Below the pieces are notes generated by a model that saw only the letters and a list, made by a program, of their open reading frames with translations, had not been told where the DNA came from and did no database searches. Below, piece by piece: positions 12,521-26,814 of a DNA stretch of 64,000 nucleotides. The position numbers were made by a program, and so were the translations under genes. Each line of letters opens with the position of its first letter. The stretch's first letter is position 1. Source of the DNA: Callorhinchus milii (lineage: Eukaryota); contig NW_024704742.1 of NCBI RefSeq assembly GCF_018977255.1, positions 67,458,001 through 67,522,000 on the forward strand, given 5' to 3'.

Positions 12521-14182
12521 TATGCAACTTCAAAGTCTCGACAGCCTTCTGACTCAGAGGCAAGAGAGCTACCATCTGAGCCAGGCTAACACCTGGATGG
12601 CTGATGCCTGGAGTCTATCTGTCTTCACATTTGATTATATTTACTTCAAAATACATTGGACTTTACAGCAGATTTGGGATATGGGATCGTGGAACATTGC
12701 AGAAATTTTCTTTCAAAATACCTGCTATTCAATATATACAAAGGGATACTGTTTCTGTATCCTTCAGGACTATTAAAGAGATTTTCCGAAAAAACATATG
12801 ATGAAAATTTTCCATTTTTCTCCTTAGGCCTCACTTGGACTCACAAATAAACTTGGCCTCCACTCCGCAATTTGCTCCTGAATTAATTCACAGCACATTT
12901 CATCCATCAAAGTCGATTTTCCATCACGTCAGAATATGACCATCGCCTGAAAGGTAAGCCCAGTCTCTGGTCCCTGTTCATGTGTTTCTCAGTGACAAGA
13001 CCTCCCTGCCCTCCACCTCTCCTGATCCCAACCCCCAGCTCAGGTCCAAATCCCTGACTGTCCAGCACCTTGGGACATCCTTCCGACGTGAAAAGCGCTA
13101 TACAAACTAATTCTTGTCTGCCTGGACTGCACATTTGCTCAGACCTGCACATCCTTCTGAACTGCACATCTAAATAGACAGTTAATCCACTTTACAATAC
13201 ACTCTGTGAAGCGCTTTGAAACATTCTCAACAACATGATAAGGTGCTATATCTAATGCAAGGATTATTATTAGTAGCAGTATCTGCTTGGACAAGCACAT
13301 CTGCCTGGACTGGACATCTTCTTGAACCTTATCAAATTAATTGAACAGTGTTGAACAATTTCAGGCAGATGGAGCCCTCAATGCTCAGAAAAATGCAGTA
13401 ACTGTGTACTTTGTAAGCAGTCAATTTGCACACAGCAATGTTCCACTAACAGCAATGAAATGAATGAGCAATTCTATTTTATTATCTTGCCTGTACCGGC
13501 TCTTTGGAAGAGCTATCCAATTAGTCCCACTTCCCTACTCTTTTCCCATAGCCTTTTCAATTTTTTCCTTTTCAAGTATATATCTATGGTGAGGCTTTGG
13601 TTAGGTAATCTGAACCCCTTCCCCAAACTGCCCCCCATCCCCACCTCCTGCCCAGCCAATCTCTCTCTTGCTTTTGGCTCACTCCCCTTTCAGCTCTCCT
13701 TTCTCCACCACCTCAACTAGTCTTTTTGAAATGTTTGCAATAGGAACCACAAGAGCTGCCAGCATTCCGTTCCAATGGTCAATAATACGAGGAAATTAAA
13801 AATATTTTTGGAACCGTAGCGTGGAACATAAGAGAGAGGGCTGGGGTCAATTTTATGGCTTTTGGAACCCTAGACTTGTTTTCAATTCATTTACAACAAT
13901 ACTTGGATTGTGTGAAACTCCACGTGTTGTCACATACTCTTTCATTTGATGTATTTTATGGTGTTCTCTTTGGAGGTTCAATTAAGTCTGAGCAAAATAA
14001 GACAGCACTTTGAGAAAGATCAGAGCCTTCAAAGCTGCTGTTAGATTGTGGCAAGCTCCTCTCTCCCCTGCATTGTGTCTAAGGATAGCTTGAGGTGGTT
14101 GGAACATTCAAAGGGACTGTCCAGTGGTATCCGAAGCTTGTTTTTGAAGGTGTTTAAAGCAGCCTCAATCTTTCCTGTCCAT

Positions 14183-14543
14183 GTCCTGTAACGTAGTGGT
14201 TAATGCGCTCGCCTCGCAAACAGGAGGACCCGGGTTAGATTCCCGGGCATGGCGAAACCTTGGGTAAGTTTCCTTTATCCACACGCCTCTGTTTACCTAG
14301 CTGTAAGTAGAATCCCAGTTGTTAGTTGATTGGCAGATCACTTTCTGGGGGTAACAATCCCTTCAAAATAAATAGAAAATAATAATTTGGTTGCACAGCA
14401 GGATCCCACATGGATTGTTTGTGGGGCGCTGCTGTGCGCAATTGTCTGCCGCATTTCACCTACAAAATACGCAGTCGATTCAAGCTCTTTGAGATGTCTC
14501 TAAGATCCGATAGGGTGCTATATCAAAGCAAGGATTATTATTA
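14183..14543 (+). mobile_element. SINE type B
   Basis: Matches the other type B copies. Confidence 0.9.
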
Positions 14544-14557
14544 TATCTCTATGTATA

Positions 14558-14964
14558 CAGTGGAAAGTCCTTATAATGCACTTCATTATGGATACTGTGA
14601 TGGGAGGACAGTTGCGGGGTGGGTATTGGGGGGATAGCATCAAATGGGCTGAAGAGAACTTCTTCTTCATCTGAACCTCTCGTGATCATGTGATTTGTGC
14701 TCAATTATACATCCGGACAAGCTTTTTTGGCCTAAACGATGGCCGACTTTAGGGTCATCAGGTCACTACAAAGGTCACAAAGCATACAGCAAGTGATGCT
14801 GGTGGCGACCTGGTGACCAGGAAGGCGGACAAGTTTTAGGGCAGGAAGGCTTTCCACACACCCGCAAGGTCATGTGCATGTCATGGAAGTTCGGAAGAGG
14901 TGACCAGCGACCGTGCCCCATTATAAGGCTGGCCCAACAACAGCGTTATAATGGACTTTTGCAG
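14558..14964. mobile_element. Old Tc1/mariner (pogo/Tigger-like) MITE remnant
   Basis: TA|CAGTGGAAAGTCCTTATAATGC (14558-14579) is an imperfect inverted repeat of GCGTTATAATGGACTTTTGCAG (14943-14964). Confidence 0.5.
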
Positions 14965-14969
14965 GATGT

Positions 14970-15331
14970 GGAGATCTGCAGGGTAATGGTTATTGCACTC
15001 GCCTCGCAAACAAAAGGACTTGGGCTTGTTTCCTGGGTGAAGTGAAACCTTAGGCAAGTTTCTTTACTCCACACGCTTTATCTAGCAGTAAGTAGGAACC
15101 CAGCTGTTAGTCGATTTGGTGGATCACTTTCCGGGGGGCAATAATTCCCCAAAACAAAATTCTGTCACTCAATCCTCGACTGTTTGTGGGACACTGCTGT
15201 GCGCAATTGGCTGCCGCGTTTCGCCCACAAAATACACAGTCAATCCACTTTACAATATATTCCGTGATGCGCCTTGAGACAACGTGATAAAGCGCTATAT
15301 AAAAAAAAGCAAGAAAAAAATGAAAGGATTA
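14970..15331 (+). mobile_element. SINE type B
   Basis: Matches the other type B copies. Confidence 0.88.
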
Positions 15332-15704
15332 CTGCATCTGTATGACTGGGCACCTTCTCTCCATACACAGCCTTAACAAATGTGTTCCTAGATCATTCCC
15401 ATACTATTCACCGTTAATAAAAGATCCAGCTCCCTTCTCTGAAGCGTTAAGGCAAAGCATCAGTTGGTTTTGTTGGGAGTCTACTCCACACCTCCTACTC
15501 TGAGCACTAAAAAAAATCTTTCCAGCAGGAGCTTCAAAGACAAGCACTGGCACGCACCTCCAGGACACATTTTATAGAAATGTTTTTGGGCACTTTGGAA
15601 TGTCATAATCTTCACAGGAAGCTCTTAGTAGTCAACTTGCATGTCGGAAATTCTCCATCATTTTCCAAAAGCATCATTCAGCACACTAACCGCAGCAGAC
15701 TGTG

Positions 15705-15930
15705 GGCAACTGTGAATGTGAGCGTGAGAGTGTGCATATGAATGTTAAGTCTGTGTGAGATTGAGTGCGTGAGTTGCCTGTGCATGAGTGGGTGTATGTG
15801 TGAGAGTGTGCATGTGTGTATGTCTGAGGGCAAGTCTCTGAATGTTTGTGTGATTAGTGCATTTATGAGAGTTAGTGCTTGTGTGTGTGGCTGTGTGAGC
15901 ATGTGGGGAGTGCTTGTGAGTGTGGTTATG
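15705..15930. repeat. Degenerate (TG)n low-complexity tract
   Basis: TG/GTGA-rich run visible in the sequence. Confidence 0.85.
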
Positions 15931-16715
15931 TAATAATAATAATCCTTGCATTTGATATAGCGCCTTATCACATCGTTGAGACATCTCAAAGTGCTTCACA
16001 GAATATATTGTTAAAGGAACTAACTGTGTTATTTTAAACGTTCCCCTGACCTAAAAGGTGCTAAGTCACTTTCACAGTCAATCCACTTGCCAATATATTC
16101 CGTGAAGCGCTTTGAGACGTCTCAACCATATGATAAGGCGCTATATTAATTGCAAAGCTTATTATTATTATGTTGCTGTGCGCAAATCAGCTCCTGAGTT
16201 TGTCTACGTAATACACAGTCACTACACTTCGCAAAACTCCCTGTGATATGCTTTGAGACTTTGTAAACTCTGCACCAAAAGCATGGATTACTATTATTAT
16301 CCAGAAACACATCAACCAGACGGACCGCAATGTTTTTTTTTCTATGTACATTTTTGATGTTCCTGCCGTTCATATGTTCAGGTTAGACTCCAGCCAACTG
16401 GAGTGAAATGGTTACAAGACTGAGAGAGTGTTCCATGTCCAAGAAAAAGAAAAAGCAACATTCCTTACAGTTGGTGTGCAGGAAATACCACCCAATTACA
16501 AATGGGCAGCAAAGGTTACTTTTACGTGAGAGACCACACACACTCGCACGCGCTCACGCACGCCTGCCCACTTGCGCAGCACACATAGACTGCTGTAATG
16601 TGATAGCGATGTGCCTGCTGTTTACAGCCAGAGAGGGTGAAAAAACAGAAAAAAGCACCGACAGATACCGCAGAACACTGTAAGGAGTGTTGATACAGCA
16701 GTAGACTGGTGACAT

Positions 16716-17112
16716 GTGTCGACCTGTGGTAGCAGTGGTAGCGCTCTCGCTCTGAGTCAGAAGGCTGTGGGTTCAAGCCCCATGTTGGGACTTCGAATCA
16801 CTTAGTCTAAGCTGACACTCCAATGCAGTGCTTGGGGTGGGGAGGGCGTAGGGCATGTTGCATTGTCCGACCTTTGGATGAGACTTTCAGGCGGATGTTA
16901 AAGTTCCCATGGCACTATTCGAAAAGAGAAGGGAGTTTCTCCTGATGTCCTGGCCAACAAATCCCCAAATAAAATTGGTCAGTCACTCCATGGCTGTTTA
17001 TGTGACATTGCTGTATGCAACTGGCTGCTGTGTTTTGTCCCAAAACACAGAGTCAATCCACTGTGAAGCGCTTTGAGACGTCTCAAACGACGAGATAAGG
17101 CGCTATATCAAA
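16716..17112 (+). mobile_element. SINE type A, fused at its tail to an inverted type B head (17113-17270)
   Basis: Matches type A; junction ...TATATCAAAT|CTGCCAATCGACTAAC. Confidence 0.88.
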
Positions 17113-17769
17113 TCTGCCAATCGACTAACAACCGAGTTCCTTCGTACTGCTGGGTAACCAGAGGGGTGTGGAGTAAGGAAACTTGCCTACAGTTTTGCCC
17201 TGCCCGAGAATCGAACCTGGGTCCTCTTGTCTGCGAGGGGAGCACGCTAACCACTAAGCTACAGGACTCCATGCAATTGCTTCAGCAGAGCAGCCGTCAA
17301 ACTCCTCCTAATCTAGTTCATTGTTCTCAGCAGCAACAGCTGGAGACCCCGAGAGAACCAAAAGGCACGGCTGCAAGTCAAAACACTGCCTTCCGCTTAA
17401 TGGTCCAGTACAAAGACCGGCTTGATCTAAAAATGTTACATCTGGCACGCCGTCTGTACAGTGCAACAGCTGGTGAAGTGTTCTGAGCGGGGAGACATTC
17501 TACCTGGGTATCGGTTGCCCTGGATTTTCACAGCGTTTCGGAGTGCCTGGGCTTTGAAGCGAGTCTTCTGCCATTTCTCAGAAAATAAATGGGCAGGAAA
17601 AAACACTAGCTTTGAGATTAAAGGCCAGCAATGTTTTTAAGAACGTGCCACATTCTGGGAAACAAAAATGCTGCATCAATGTAAACCTAGACCCAGGTGG
17701 GATTTCTTCTCTTTTGTTAATGCCTAAAATTCCACCTTGTTCTTAGCCTGTGAGGCCACTTTGTCCTCG

Positions 17770-18090
17770 AATAATAACAATAGTAAGAAAAATCTGGAAG
17801 GTTGTGAATATGTGGAATCCTCTCTACCCCATGAAAGCTGTAGAGGTCAAATCGACAGGAATGTTAAAAGATAGACAAACATCCAACATAAATTACACCC
17901 ATAAATATACAGTGCCTTTCACGTCTCAAAGCATCAATTGAGTAATGGATGGAGCACTTAATGAGACTTCGGTAGTAGAGGGATAAAGAGGTATGCGATT
18001 AAAAGTTCTGCCAAGATCTTATTGGCTGCTAGAACAGGTTCCAAAGGCTGAATGGCCTCCTCCTGTTCCTCTTTTCCTACATTTCTGTAA
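17770..18090 (+). mobile_element. Degraded CR1 3' end
   Basis: GGTTGTGAATATGTGGAATCCTCT..GCTGTAGAGG and terminal GGCTGAATGGCCTCCTCCTGTTCCT. Confidence 0.65.
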
Positions 18091-19519
18091 TGTACTGGGG
18101 AATTGTCGACTGGGACACTGGGAGAAACTCTTTTCCAATCGTGCCATGACATCTTTAAATTCACCTGGATAGGCCGATGGGACTATGGTTTAATGGCTCA
18201 CCTGAAAGACAATTCCTCCGACAATGCAGTGCTCCCCCCCAGGACTGCATTAGTGGGAGAACCTAGACTGTGACTTGGGGACCTGAACCTACAACCCTCT
18301 GATCCGGAGGTGAGAACACTACTGACTGAGCCAGACTGACATTCAATATCAAAGCAGGCAGAGAGAAAAGGCCATTCGGCCCATTCAAAAACAAGGGGCA
18401 TGATCTTAAAATCAGTGCAAAGACAGGGAGTTGACCGAGCTGTTGGGTTGTGGAACTGCAGCTCAAATGACTGCAGGTGTTGCGACTGATAGCATCATCT
18501 CACAATGAGAGGGTCAGTGTATGAAGCGAGTCAGAGGAGCCATTTTCAGCTATCAGGCAGAGACTGAGCAGTAATCAATGCCATTTCTGATCGACAGGAC
18601 AGGCAAACCTCAAGGAATCACATAAGGCTCCTTTATGCCTTTTTACCAAATTCAGCCGCAGCGCAAAGCTGGATTCGGGGTATGGGGCAAAGGTGGAGCA
18701 GGAAGCATAGCCCCACTCCTATCAGGTAACCTGAATGTGAAGGCTTGCTATGATATTGATGCGGAGTTTTTTTTAAACAAGATAAAAACAAGTCTTTGCA
18801 AAGGACTGACTCCAGAATTTAATCTACGGACGAAACAATGACCGTAATAAATAGAGCCGTGTTTAGGTTACTCTTCAAGATGATCCGTGTGAGTGTGTCT
18901 CAGATCCCTTATCGAAGGGCTTCTCAAAATTATCAGCACAGTAATGGACTGGAATTTGAATAAAGCTGCTGTGCAGCGAGCCTGAATGATATCACTCTTT
19001 TCTTTATGTCCCGACTCCCTGGTTACTCAGATTTCTTTTGCTTGTGTGATTCAGCTGTTCCCCTTCGGAGCTCTCAACTCAGACCCACATGAAACGAATG
19101 AAGGGCTTTCAGTTTCAGCACGATAGTAACTTTAGTATTACTTCAACCCAGTGAAAAATAAACATGGGACGTCCTGGTGTTATTTGATCAGTAATAGTAA
19201 TAATCCTTGCATTTAATACAGTGCCTGATTATGTTGTTGAGACGACTCAAAATGCTTCAGAATATACTGTAAAATGAATTAACTGTGTATTTTGTGGGTG
19301 AACCGCAGCAGTCAATTACACACAGCAGGTCCCCAAAGAATCGTGGATTGAGTGAACAAATTATTTATTAATTTCTTAATTATGAATTATTAACACGCAA
19401 ACAGTAAAGCATTACTGGGGAGAAATTTCACCTGAGTCTGAATTGATTCGGTTTATGTGGCATTTTAGAGCGACTGGAATTTAGCGCTTGGTTGAATTAA
19501 ATCTTAACTTTGAATAACA

Positions 19520-19990
19520 ATACTTAGATTTGATACAGCGCCTTTCACATCAGGAATACATATCAAAGTGCTTCACAGGATATTACTGTAAAGTATGATG
19601 ACTGCATTGTTTGTAGGCGTACGCAGCAGCAAAATTTCACACAGCAATGTCCCACAAACAACCACGATCAATTTTATTTGGGCTATTGTTGGCCAGGACA
19701 CCAGGTGCAACTCCCTTTTCTTTTCGAATAGTGCCTTGCAATCTTTAACATCCACCTGAACAGGCAGAAGAGACCTTTGTTTAATGTCTCATCTGAGGGA
19801 CAGCACTTCTGACAATGCAGCACATCCCCAGCACTGCATTGTAGTGTCAGCCTAGACCATGTGAGCTCAAAGTTCAGACTTGGGCTTCAATACAATACAA
19901 TTTACACATATATATATGTATAATGCCTTTCTCTCAAGAAAGATGTTATATATAAACCCACAACCTTCTGACTCAGAGGCGAGCATGCTA
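19520..19990 (-). mobile_element. SINE type A with an AT-rich insertion in the head
   Basis: Reverse complement of type A. Confidence 0.82.
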
Positions 19991-20107
19991 CAATTAAGTC
20001 ACAAGAGCACACCAACGCCAACCGATAAATCCTGTGAAGCACTTGAGACATTCCCACAACATGAAAAGGCACTATATCAAATGCAAGGATTATTATTATC
20101 ATAATAA

Positions 20108-20527
20108 GCAGCTGGCTCAGTTAGTAGCACTCTTGCTTCTGGGTCAAAAGGTTGCGGGTTCAAGCCCCAGGTCAGGATTTTGAGCTCCCAGTCTAAGGTG
20201 ACACTCCAGTATAGTCCTGGGGGCGGCTTCATTGAAGGTGTCGTCTGAGGTCCCGTCTGCCTGTTCATGTGGATGTTAAAGATCCCATGGCACTATTGGA
20301 AAAGAGAAGGCTGTTTCTCCTGGTGTCCTGGCCAACGGTCCCCCAAATAAAAGCAAACTCACTCTATTGCTGTTTATGAGACTTTGCTCTGTGCAAATTG
20401 ACTGCTGCATCTTGCCTCCAAAAAAATACGGTCGCTGCACTTCACAGTATATCTTTTGAAACGTTTTAAAACATCCTCCTGATGTGAAAGGCCCTCGAAC
20501 AAATATAAGAATTATAAATATTATTAT
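20108..20527 (+). mobile_element. SINE type A
   Basis: Matches type A. Confidence 0.82.
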
Positions 20528-20744
20528 TTTCAGCATCTCCTTAGACACAAGTCCCTGTATTGGGAATGAAATAAATGTAGATTTTATCAGTGAAAGTTAG
20601 AGGATACTTAAAGTCTTGGAGAGACGATACAAACTACCCGATTTGTAATCTGGATGTGCACATCTCAGAGGGAATCCCACTTGTAAAAACACTGAGTAAT
20701 TCCCTGAATAACCATTAGGAATATTATTGCCCTCAGAGGCTGAG

Positions 20745-20880
20745 TCCAGGAATCAGGAATTTAAGTTATGAGGATAGGGTAAGGAAGTTGAGCTTGTTTT
20801 TTTTGGAAAAGGATAGTGTTTGAGGCGGCCTGACTCTGATGTTTTAATGATTAGAAGGGGGATTGAGAGAGAGAGCGCGG
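20745..20880 (+). mobile_element. CR1 ORF2 C-terminal fragment
   Basis: Translates as PGIRNLSYEDRVRKLSLFFLEK, resembling the CR1 LSYEERL..LGLFSLEK motif. Confidence 0.65.
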
Positions 20881-20906
20881 GGAGACAGGCAGACAGACAA
20901 AAAAAG

Positions 20907-21058
<152 letters not shown>

Positions 21059-21985
21059 AACAGCATCTTTCATATTGGGATATCGCCCCAAAGTGCTTAA
21101 TAGGAATCAGTGTGTCAGCAAGCAGCAACAACAACAACTTGCATTTATATAGCCCCTTCATGCAGGGCAGCATCTCAGAGCGCTTAACAGTGACAGAGCC
21201 TGATGGTGAGCTGAGGCGAGCTAACCGTAGGCACGGTCGAAGAGAAGGGTCTTAAGGCGTGATCTGAAAAAGCAGAAGTGTGACTGCTACCAACTGAGCC
21301 AAGATAATCTGTGATGGCATCTAATACCAGGACAGAAATTAACATTAGGAAGCTTGGAAGGCAGTCAGGGGAAACATTTTAAAATATATTCTGTGAAGTG
21401 CTTTGACACGTCTTAATGGTGTGATAAGCCACTATTTTAAATGCAATTATTTATTATTATTAGCATCATTTGCCTGGGAACTGCTGGCAGCTACAATGCC
21501 TTTGTCTTGAAGGTATGTTTAACTCCCGTGTTGGGGTGTTTGATGAGACTTGCGTTAGACATCGCTGCATTTAAAGCTGCACAATTCACAAAAAACACCC
21601 TCCCACCTCTGCCATGAGCAATTCCGTCCTAGGTGTATCGGCCAGGGCAAATGGATTACAAAGCAGTTTAAAGATAAACAGATAAACCAGAGAAAGAATT
21701 TCTACCTTAAGGCACCAGCGGGCGATATTTTGTGCAAACAAGGAGAGAGAATAATGGAAAGCTTGGCAGAACACACATCTCACCTGTCACCTTAATCCGA
21801 CACGAGTCACTGTAGCGGAGGAGAATGATGCGGGGAGAGAGACATGCAAGGTGAGGTAGTTGATTGCTTTCAGAGTCCTGCAAAGTTTCAGCGTGTTTGA
21901 AAGTTCGGTGATTTTTTTAATTTCACGATGGGGGGTGGGTGGGGGGGGAATAGCTGCAACTGAATTCTTAAATTTCAATAATAAG

Positions 21986-22361
21986 TAATAATAACAATCC
22001 TTGCATTTGATCATAGCGCTTTATCACACCGTTGAGACATCTCAAAGTGCTTCACAGGATATACTGTAAAGTGAATTCACTGTATATTTGTGGGAGAAAC
22101 GCGGCAGACAATTGCGCACAGCAGTGTCCCACAAACGGTCATGGATTGAGTGGCCACATTATTATTGCGTTTTTTTTTGAGGGATTATTATCCCCGGAAA
22201 AGCAATCCGTCAATCGACTAACAACCAGATTCCTATTTACTGCTAGGTAAACGGGCGTGTGGAGTAAGGAAACTTGCGTAAGGTTTTGCCCTGCTCAGCA
22301 GTCAAACCTGCATTCTCTCACTTGCAAGGCAAGCGATCTTACCACTGTACTACAGGACTCC
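21986..22361 (-). mobile_element. SINE type B, full length
   Basis: Reverse complement of type B. Confidence 0.9.
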
Positions 22362-22733
22362 ACTAGTAAAGTGACTGTGTATTTGAAAGGCAAATGCAGC
22401 AGCCAGTTTGGACACAGGCTTATTCCACAAACAGCCATTAAGTAAATGACTGATTTCATCAAGCAGATTGGTAACCAGGACACCAGGAGAAACTCCCTTC
22501 TTGTTTTCCGAGAAGTCCCATAGGATTTCCCACTACAGGGCCTCAGGACCTCAGTTTAAAATTTGATCTGATGGACGGCACCTCCTGCAATACAGCGCAC
22601 TCCCCAAACAATGCTTTAAAGCATCCGCCTAGACTGTGTGAGCTCAAACCCCCCCACTTTGGGATGTGGGGGTTTGAGCCCACAACCTTCTGTCTCAGAG
22701 GTGAGAGCACTGTCGACTGAGCCAGGCTGACAC
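22362..22733 (-). mobile_element. SINE type A (tail abutted or replaced by the type B copy)
   Basis: Reverse complement of type A. Confidence 0.82.
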
Positions 22734-22954
22734 CTGGACATCTATGAGGGAAAACATCTAGATCAAATGGATATGTCATTTACACAGCTGGCTCCTTTGA
22801 TGTGCGTAGCATTTTGACACCTCTGGATCTACCCTCCATTTCCAAGACGGTGTGTAAAAAAAGGTTAGGACTAACACCTGCCCAAGGTCTGAGAGGAATG
22901 GACACTGAGGAAATGCTGTAAAGTTTTGGAGCTTAATTTAATTTTCTTTTCCAA

Positions 22955-23308
22955 AATGTAGTGACTGTGTATTTGTAGGTGAATTTGGCAGCCAATTTTC
23001 ACACAGCCAATGTCCCTCAAACAACGATGAAATGAATGACTAATTCTACCGACCAAGACACTGGGAGAAACTCCCTTCTATTTTCGAATAGTGTCATGGA
23101 ATGTTTTAACATCCTCCTGAACAAGTAGATGTGAACTAATGTTTAATGTCTCATCCAAAGGACGGCATCTCTGACAGTGAAACAATCGTCCCCCCAGCAC
23201 TGCATGGAATGTCACCTTAGACTATGTGATTCCACGTCCTGAGTGAAGCTTTGAACTCACAACCTTCTGAGTCAGAAGCAAGAGTGTTACCACTGTGTCA
23301 GGCTGACA
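22955..23308 (-). mobile_element. SINE type A
   Basis: Reverse complement of type A. Confidence 0.82.
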
Positions 23309-23947
23309 TACGATGGGAAGGAGGAGCAACTCTACAGGAGGCCGTAGCCAAGTCACAAGCAGAATGTAATGTGTGGCGCATTGGAAGCCAAACCCAAAGC
23401 TGGGTGCGTTGTACATATACACCTGGTAAGACATGTAAAATGTTCAATACTTCATACTGTTTCAGCGAGAAAAAGCACACTATTTGCTTCATATATCACC
23501 CCAACCCACCCACTGTTTGCTTCACAACTGATCAGCTCAGTTCTATCAAGATGTATATCAGCTTCAGTCTCACGTTAGCATTTAAAAACACTGGAAAAGG
23601 GTTGAGGCTCCGTCAGATCCAGTGAAAGAGACGAAGGCAAGGAGCTCAACTGGAGTGAACGACTTCCTCCTCCTTCGGATGGGATGTCAAATCCGAGATG
23701 CCATCCGTGCCCTGTTCAGGTGGACGTTAAAGGGAAGGGAGTTTCTCTCCCGGTGTCCCCCTGGCCAACAAACCCCCAATTTAAAAATAGAAATCAGCCA
23801 TTCACTTTGCGACTGTTTAAGTGGGACATTGGCTGTGCGGGAAAATGGCTGCTGCCTTCGCCTACCAAATACACAGGCACTACACTTTACAGTGAATCCT
23901 GTGGAGCGCTTATCAGACATTTCCACATATACGTCTAAAACCTTTAT

Positions 23948-24296
23948 ATATAATAATCCTTGCATTTGAAATAATGCCTTGTCACATCTTTGAGATATCT
24001 CAGAATATACTGTAAAGAGAATTGACTGAATATTTTGTGGGTAAAACACAATAGCCAATTGCGCACAGAGGTGTCACACAAACAGTTGTGGATTGAGTGA
24101 CAACATTTTTTAAAGGGATTATTACCCCCTGAATGCAATCTGCCAATCGACTAAGAACTGGGTTCCTACTTACTTCTAGGTAATCAGAGGTGTGTGGAGT
24201 AAGGAAACTTGCCTAAAGTTTTGCCGCACCTGGGGATCGAATCTGGGTCTTCTCGCTTGCAAGGCGAGCGCACTAACCGCTAACCTACCAGACTCC
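23948..24296 (-). mobile_element. SINE type B
   Basis: Reverse complement of type B. Confidence 0.9.
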
Positions 24297-25129
24297 ACAT
24301 TATAGATTCTATATGAAACATGAGGGTTAATATTGTTATAAGGAAGTTATAACAGCAAGAAACAAAGCTGTTAAAGTCCTTGATATTTAAAATTCCTTAA
24401 ACTAAATACAACGCATTGCGGCCTGGCACTATGCCTGCCTTAGAGGTTGGGGTGGGTTGGATGGGGGGGGCTGGGGAGAAAGTTTGATTAAGGCCAGTGT
24501 TATTGGGGTTCTTAGAGTTCAGTTTCAGGCCACAGTGGGAGGCAAGTGTTTGGGGGCCTCACTGCCCAGAGCAGAGCATTCAAAAGGAATTGTATTGTCA
24601 ACTCGCAAAGCCACTTCACAGCATTTCTATAGAGAGGGGATGTTTTCTTTCGGGTTGCAAAATGTACTCTTCATTTCCAAAAAGATTTATCGAGACATTC
24701 CAGGGGGCACCCAATGTGCATTATAGACCTTTTTGCCTTTTTTTCCCCTCTCTGCTTCATTCTTGGGTTTCGTCACGGTCCAACCCGAGAAAGGAGTGAG
24801 CGGTGTCAAAAAGGTGTTTGCTCAGTAAATACCTGGCCTGCAATAGATTGTCTCACTCATTTCCCAAGGTCTGAGGATTGAAGCCTCTCTGTTCCTTCTG
24901 CTCTGATCCCTGGATTAATGGCTCTGGTGACAAGCTTTGTCTCCATTCCAAATCCAGACAGAGCTGGGGACTGACTGACATTCCAGAGATAATGTGGAAG
25001 GAGCTGGGAGACCTCGAGTGCCTTGTTCCTGATACATTAGCAAGTGCAACCTAGAGAGAGAGAGAGAGTTTGAACTGAGGTTGCCGCAGTTTGGGATAGA
25101 GTACGTGGGATGATGCCACTTGTTTCTCA

Positions 25130-25459
25130 TGTCCCGTAACGTAGTGGTTAGATTACCTGCCTCGCAAGTGATAGGACTTGGATTTGATTCCCGGGCAGGG
25201 CGAAGCCTTAGGCAAATTTCCTTACTCCGCAAGACTCTGTTTACCCAGCAGTAAGTAGGAACCCAGTTATTAGTTGATTGGAGGATCACTTTCCAGGGGT
25301 GATAATTGCTTCAAAAAAAACAGTACAACACTGCTGTGCGCAATTGATTGCCGCGTTTCGCACACAAAATATATTTGCAGTATATTTTGTGAAGCGCCTT
25401 TGAGATGTCTCAGCGATGTGATCAGGCATTATATCAAATGCAAGAATTATTATTATTAT
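25130..25459 (+). mobile_element. SINE type B
   Basis: Matches type B. Confidence 0.88.
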
Positions 25460-26814
25460 CTTTAGCATCCACCTGAATAAAAGGCTACCTCTGCAACCTT
25501 CTCAAGCCCCGCCATCCCAGCCAGCTGCTCCCCTCACTCAGTGAGCACCAGTATGCTTCGTGTCCCACCTGGTGCCTTCTCCAACCCGGAGTCTCTCCGA
25601 CTCACCCCTTCCGTCACCTCTTTCAAGGCCTGTCTCAAGATCTTCCTCTTCGATCGCATCTTAGTTCATCCTTCCCCTCCCCATCCAGCTACCACCCCGG
25701 GTGCCAAGCCAGGACTGTAATTTCCTCCCAGCATGAAAGGCTCAGTGTAATTGCAAATTCAAGGGAATTGACTGTATATTTGTTGGTGAAACATGGCAGC
25801 CGTTGGCAATTGGCAATTGCTATGCCAATTGCGCATAGCAGTGTCCCCAAACAGTAGTGGATTGAGTGACCGAATTTCAGCTCAGAAAGCAATCCGCCAT
25901 CTGACTAACAACAGAGACATGTGGAACCAGGAAACTTGCCTAAGGTTTCGCCCTGAATCAAACATGAGTCCTGTCGCTTGCGAGGAGAGTGAGGAGATAC
26001 ACTACGGGACTCCCAAGTTATATTGTAACAGTGTTCCCTGGAGTGCAGCCTTGGTGCTTCAGCCTGGATGAAGAGTTCAGTGCTGACTATTTTTTGACAG
26101 CCACACACTAAAAAAAGTTATTGAATTATTTTGTCGAGATATAGAATTACAGTTATTATATATGAGGTCACAGCGATTTCTTTTTTTGAGGAAAACAGGC
26201 AGCCTGGCCAGACTGCACCTGCACTTACTCCAGGGTGTCTGATAAAATCATCCATAATACAAACAGAGAGAAACCATACATCACAGCCACTGCTGGAAAA
26301 ACATGTACCCACGAGTCCAAGACTTAAACTATTACTCATTTCACTTTGCTTCTCAGAAGCTTATTTGGTCAGATCAATCTGATCGGAGAGATAGGGACCA
26401 GAAAACTGAGCCGGAGAGAGAAAGATTGGAGATTTCCTCAGTTCATTCCCACCCTCCTGCACTGCCGGTCTGTGTCACTCTCGCCTCTGTGTTAGAAGAT
26501 TGTGGAGTCAAGCCCCACGTTGGGAATTCTGAACTGACGCTCCAATGCTGTGCCGAGGGGTGGGGGTGCGCTGCATTGTTGGAGTTGCCGCCCTTTGGAC
26601 AAGACATTAAATCAAGTCTGCCTGTTCAGGTGAAAGTTAAAGATCCTATGGCACTGATGTGAAAGGAGTTGTATCAAATGTTTAAGGATATTTTAAATAT
26701 AATCTCTCCTGGCAGCTCAGTGGAGCATGAGAGACAGATGCCAAGATGTTTGGAACTAACTCACAATAGGGCACCCAGATCACTGCCAGATCCCGAGAGA
26801 GCAGTTTCTGTGTC

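Noticed and set aside
15678..15999. His/Thr-rich minus-strand ORFs reminiscent of the FGFRL1 HTHTH C-terminal tail
   Set aside because: They are translations of a degenerate TG microsatellite plus a SINE tail; no transmembrane segment, no PKLYPK-like motif and no preceding Ig exons.
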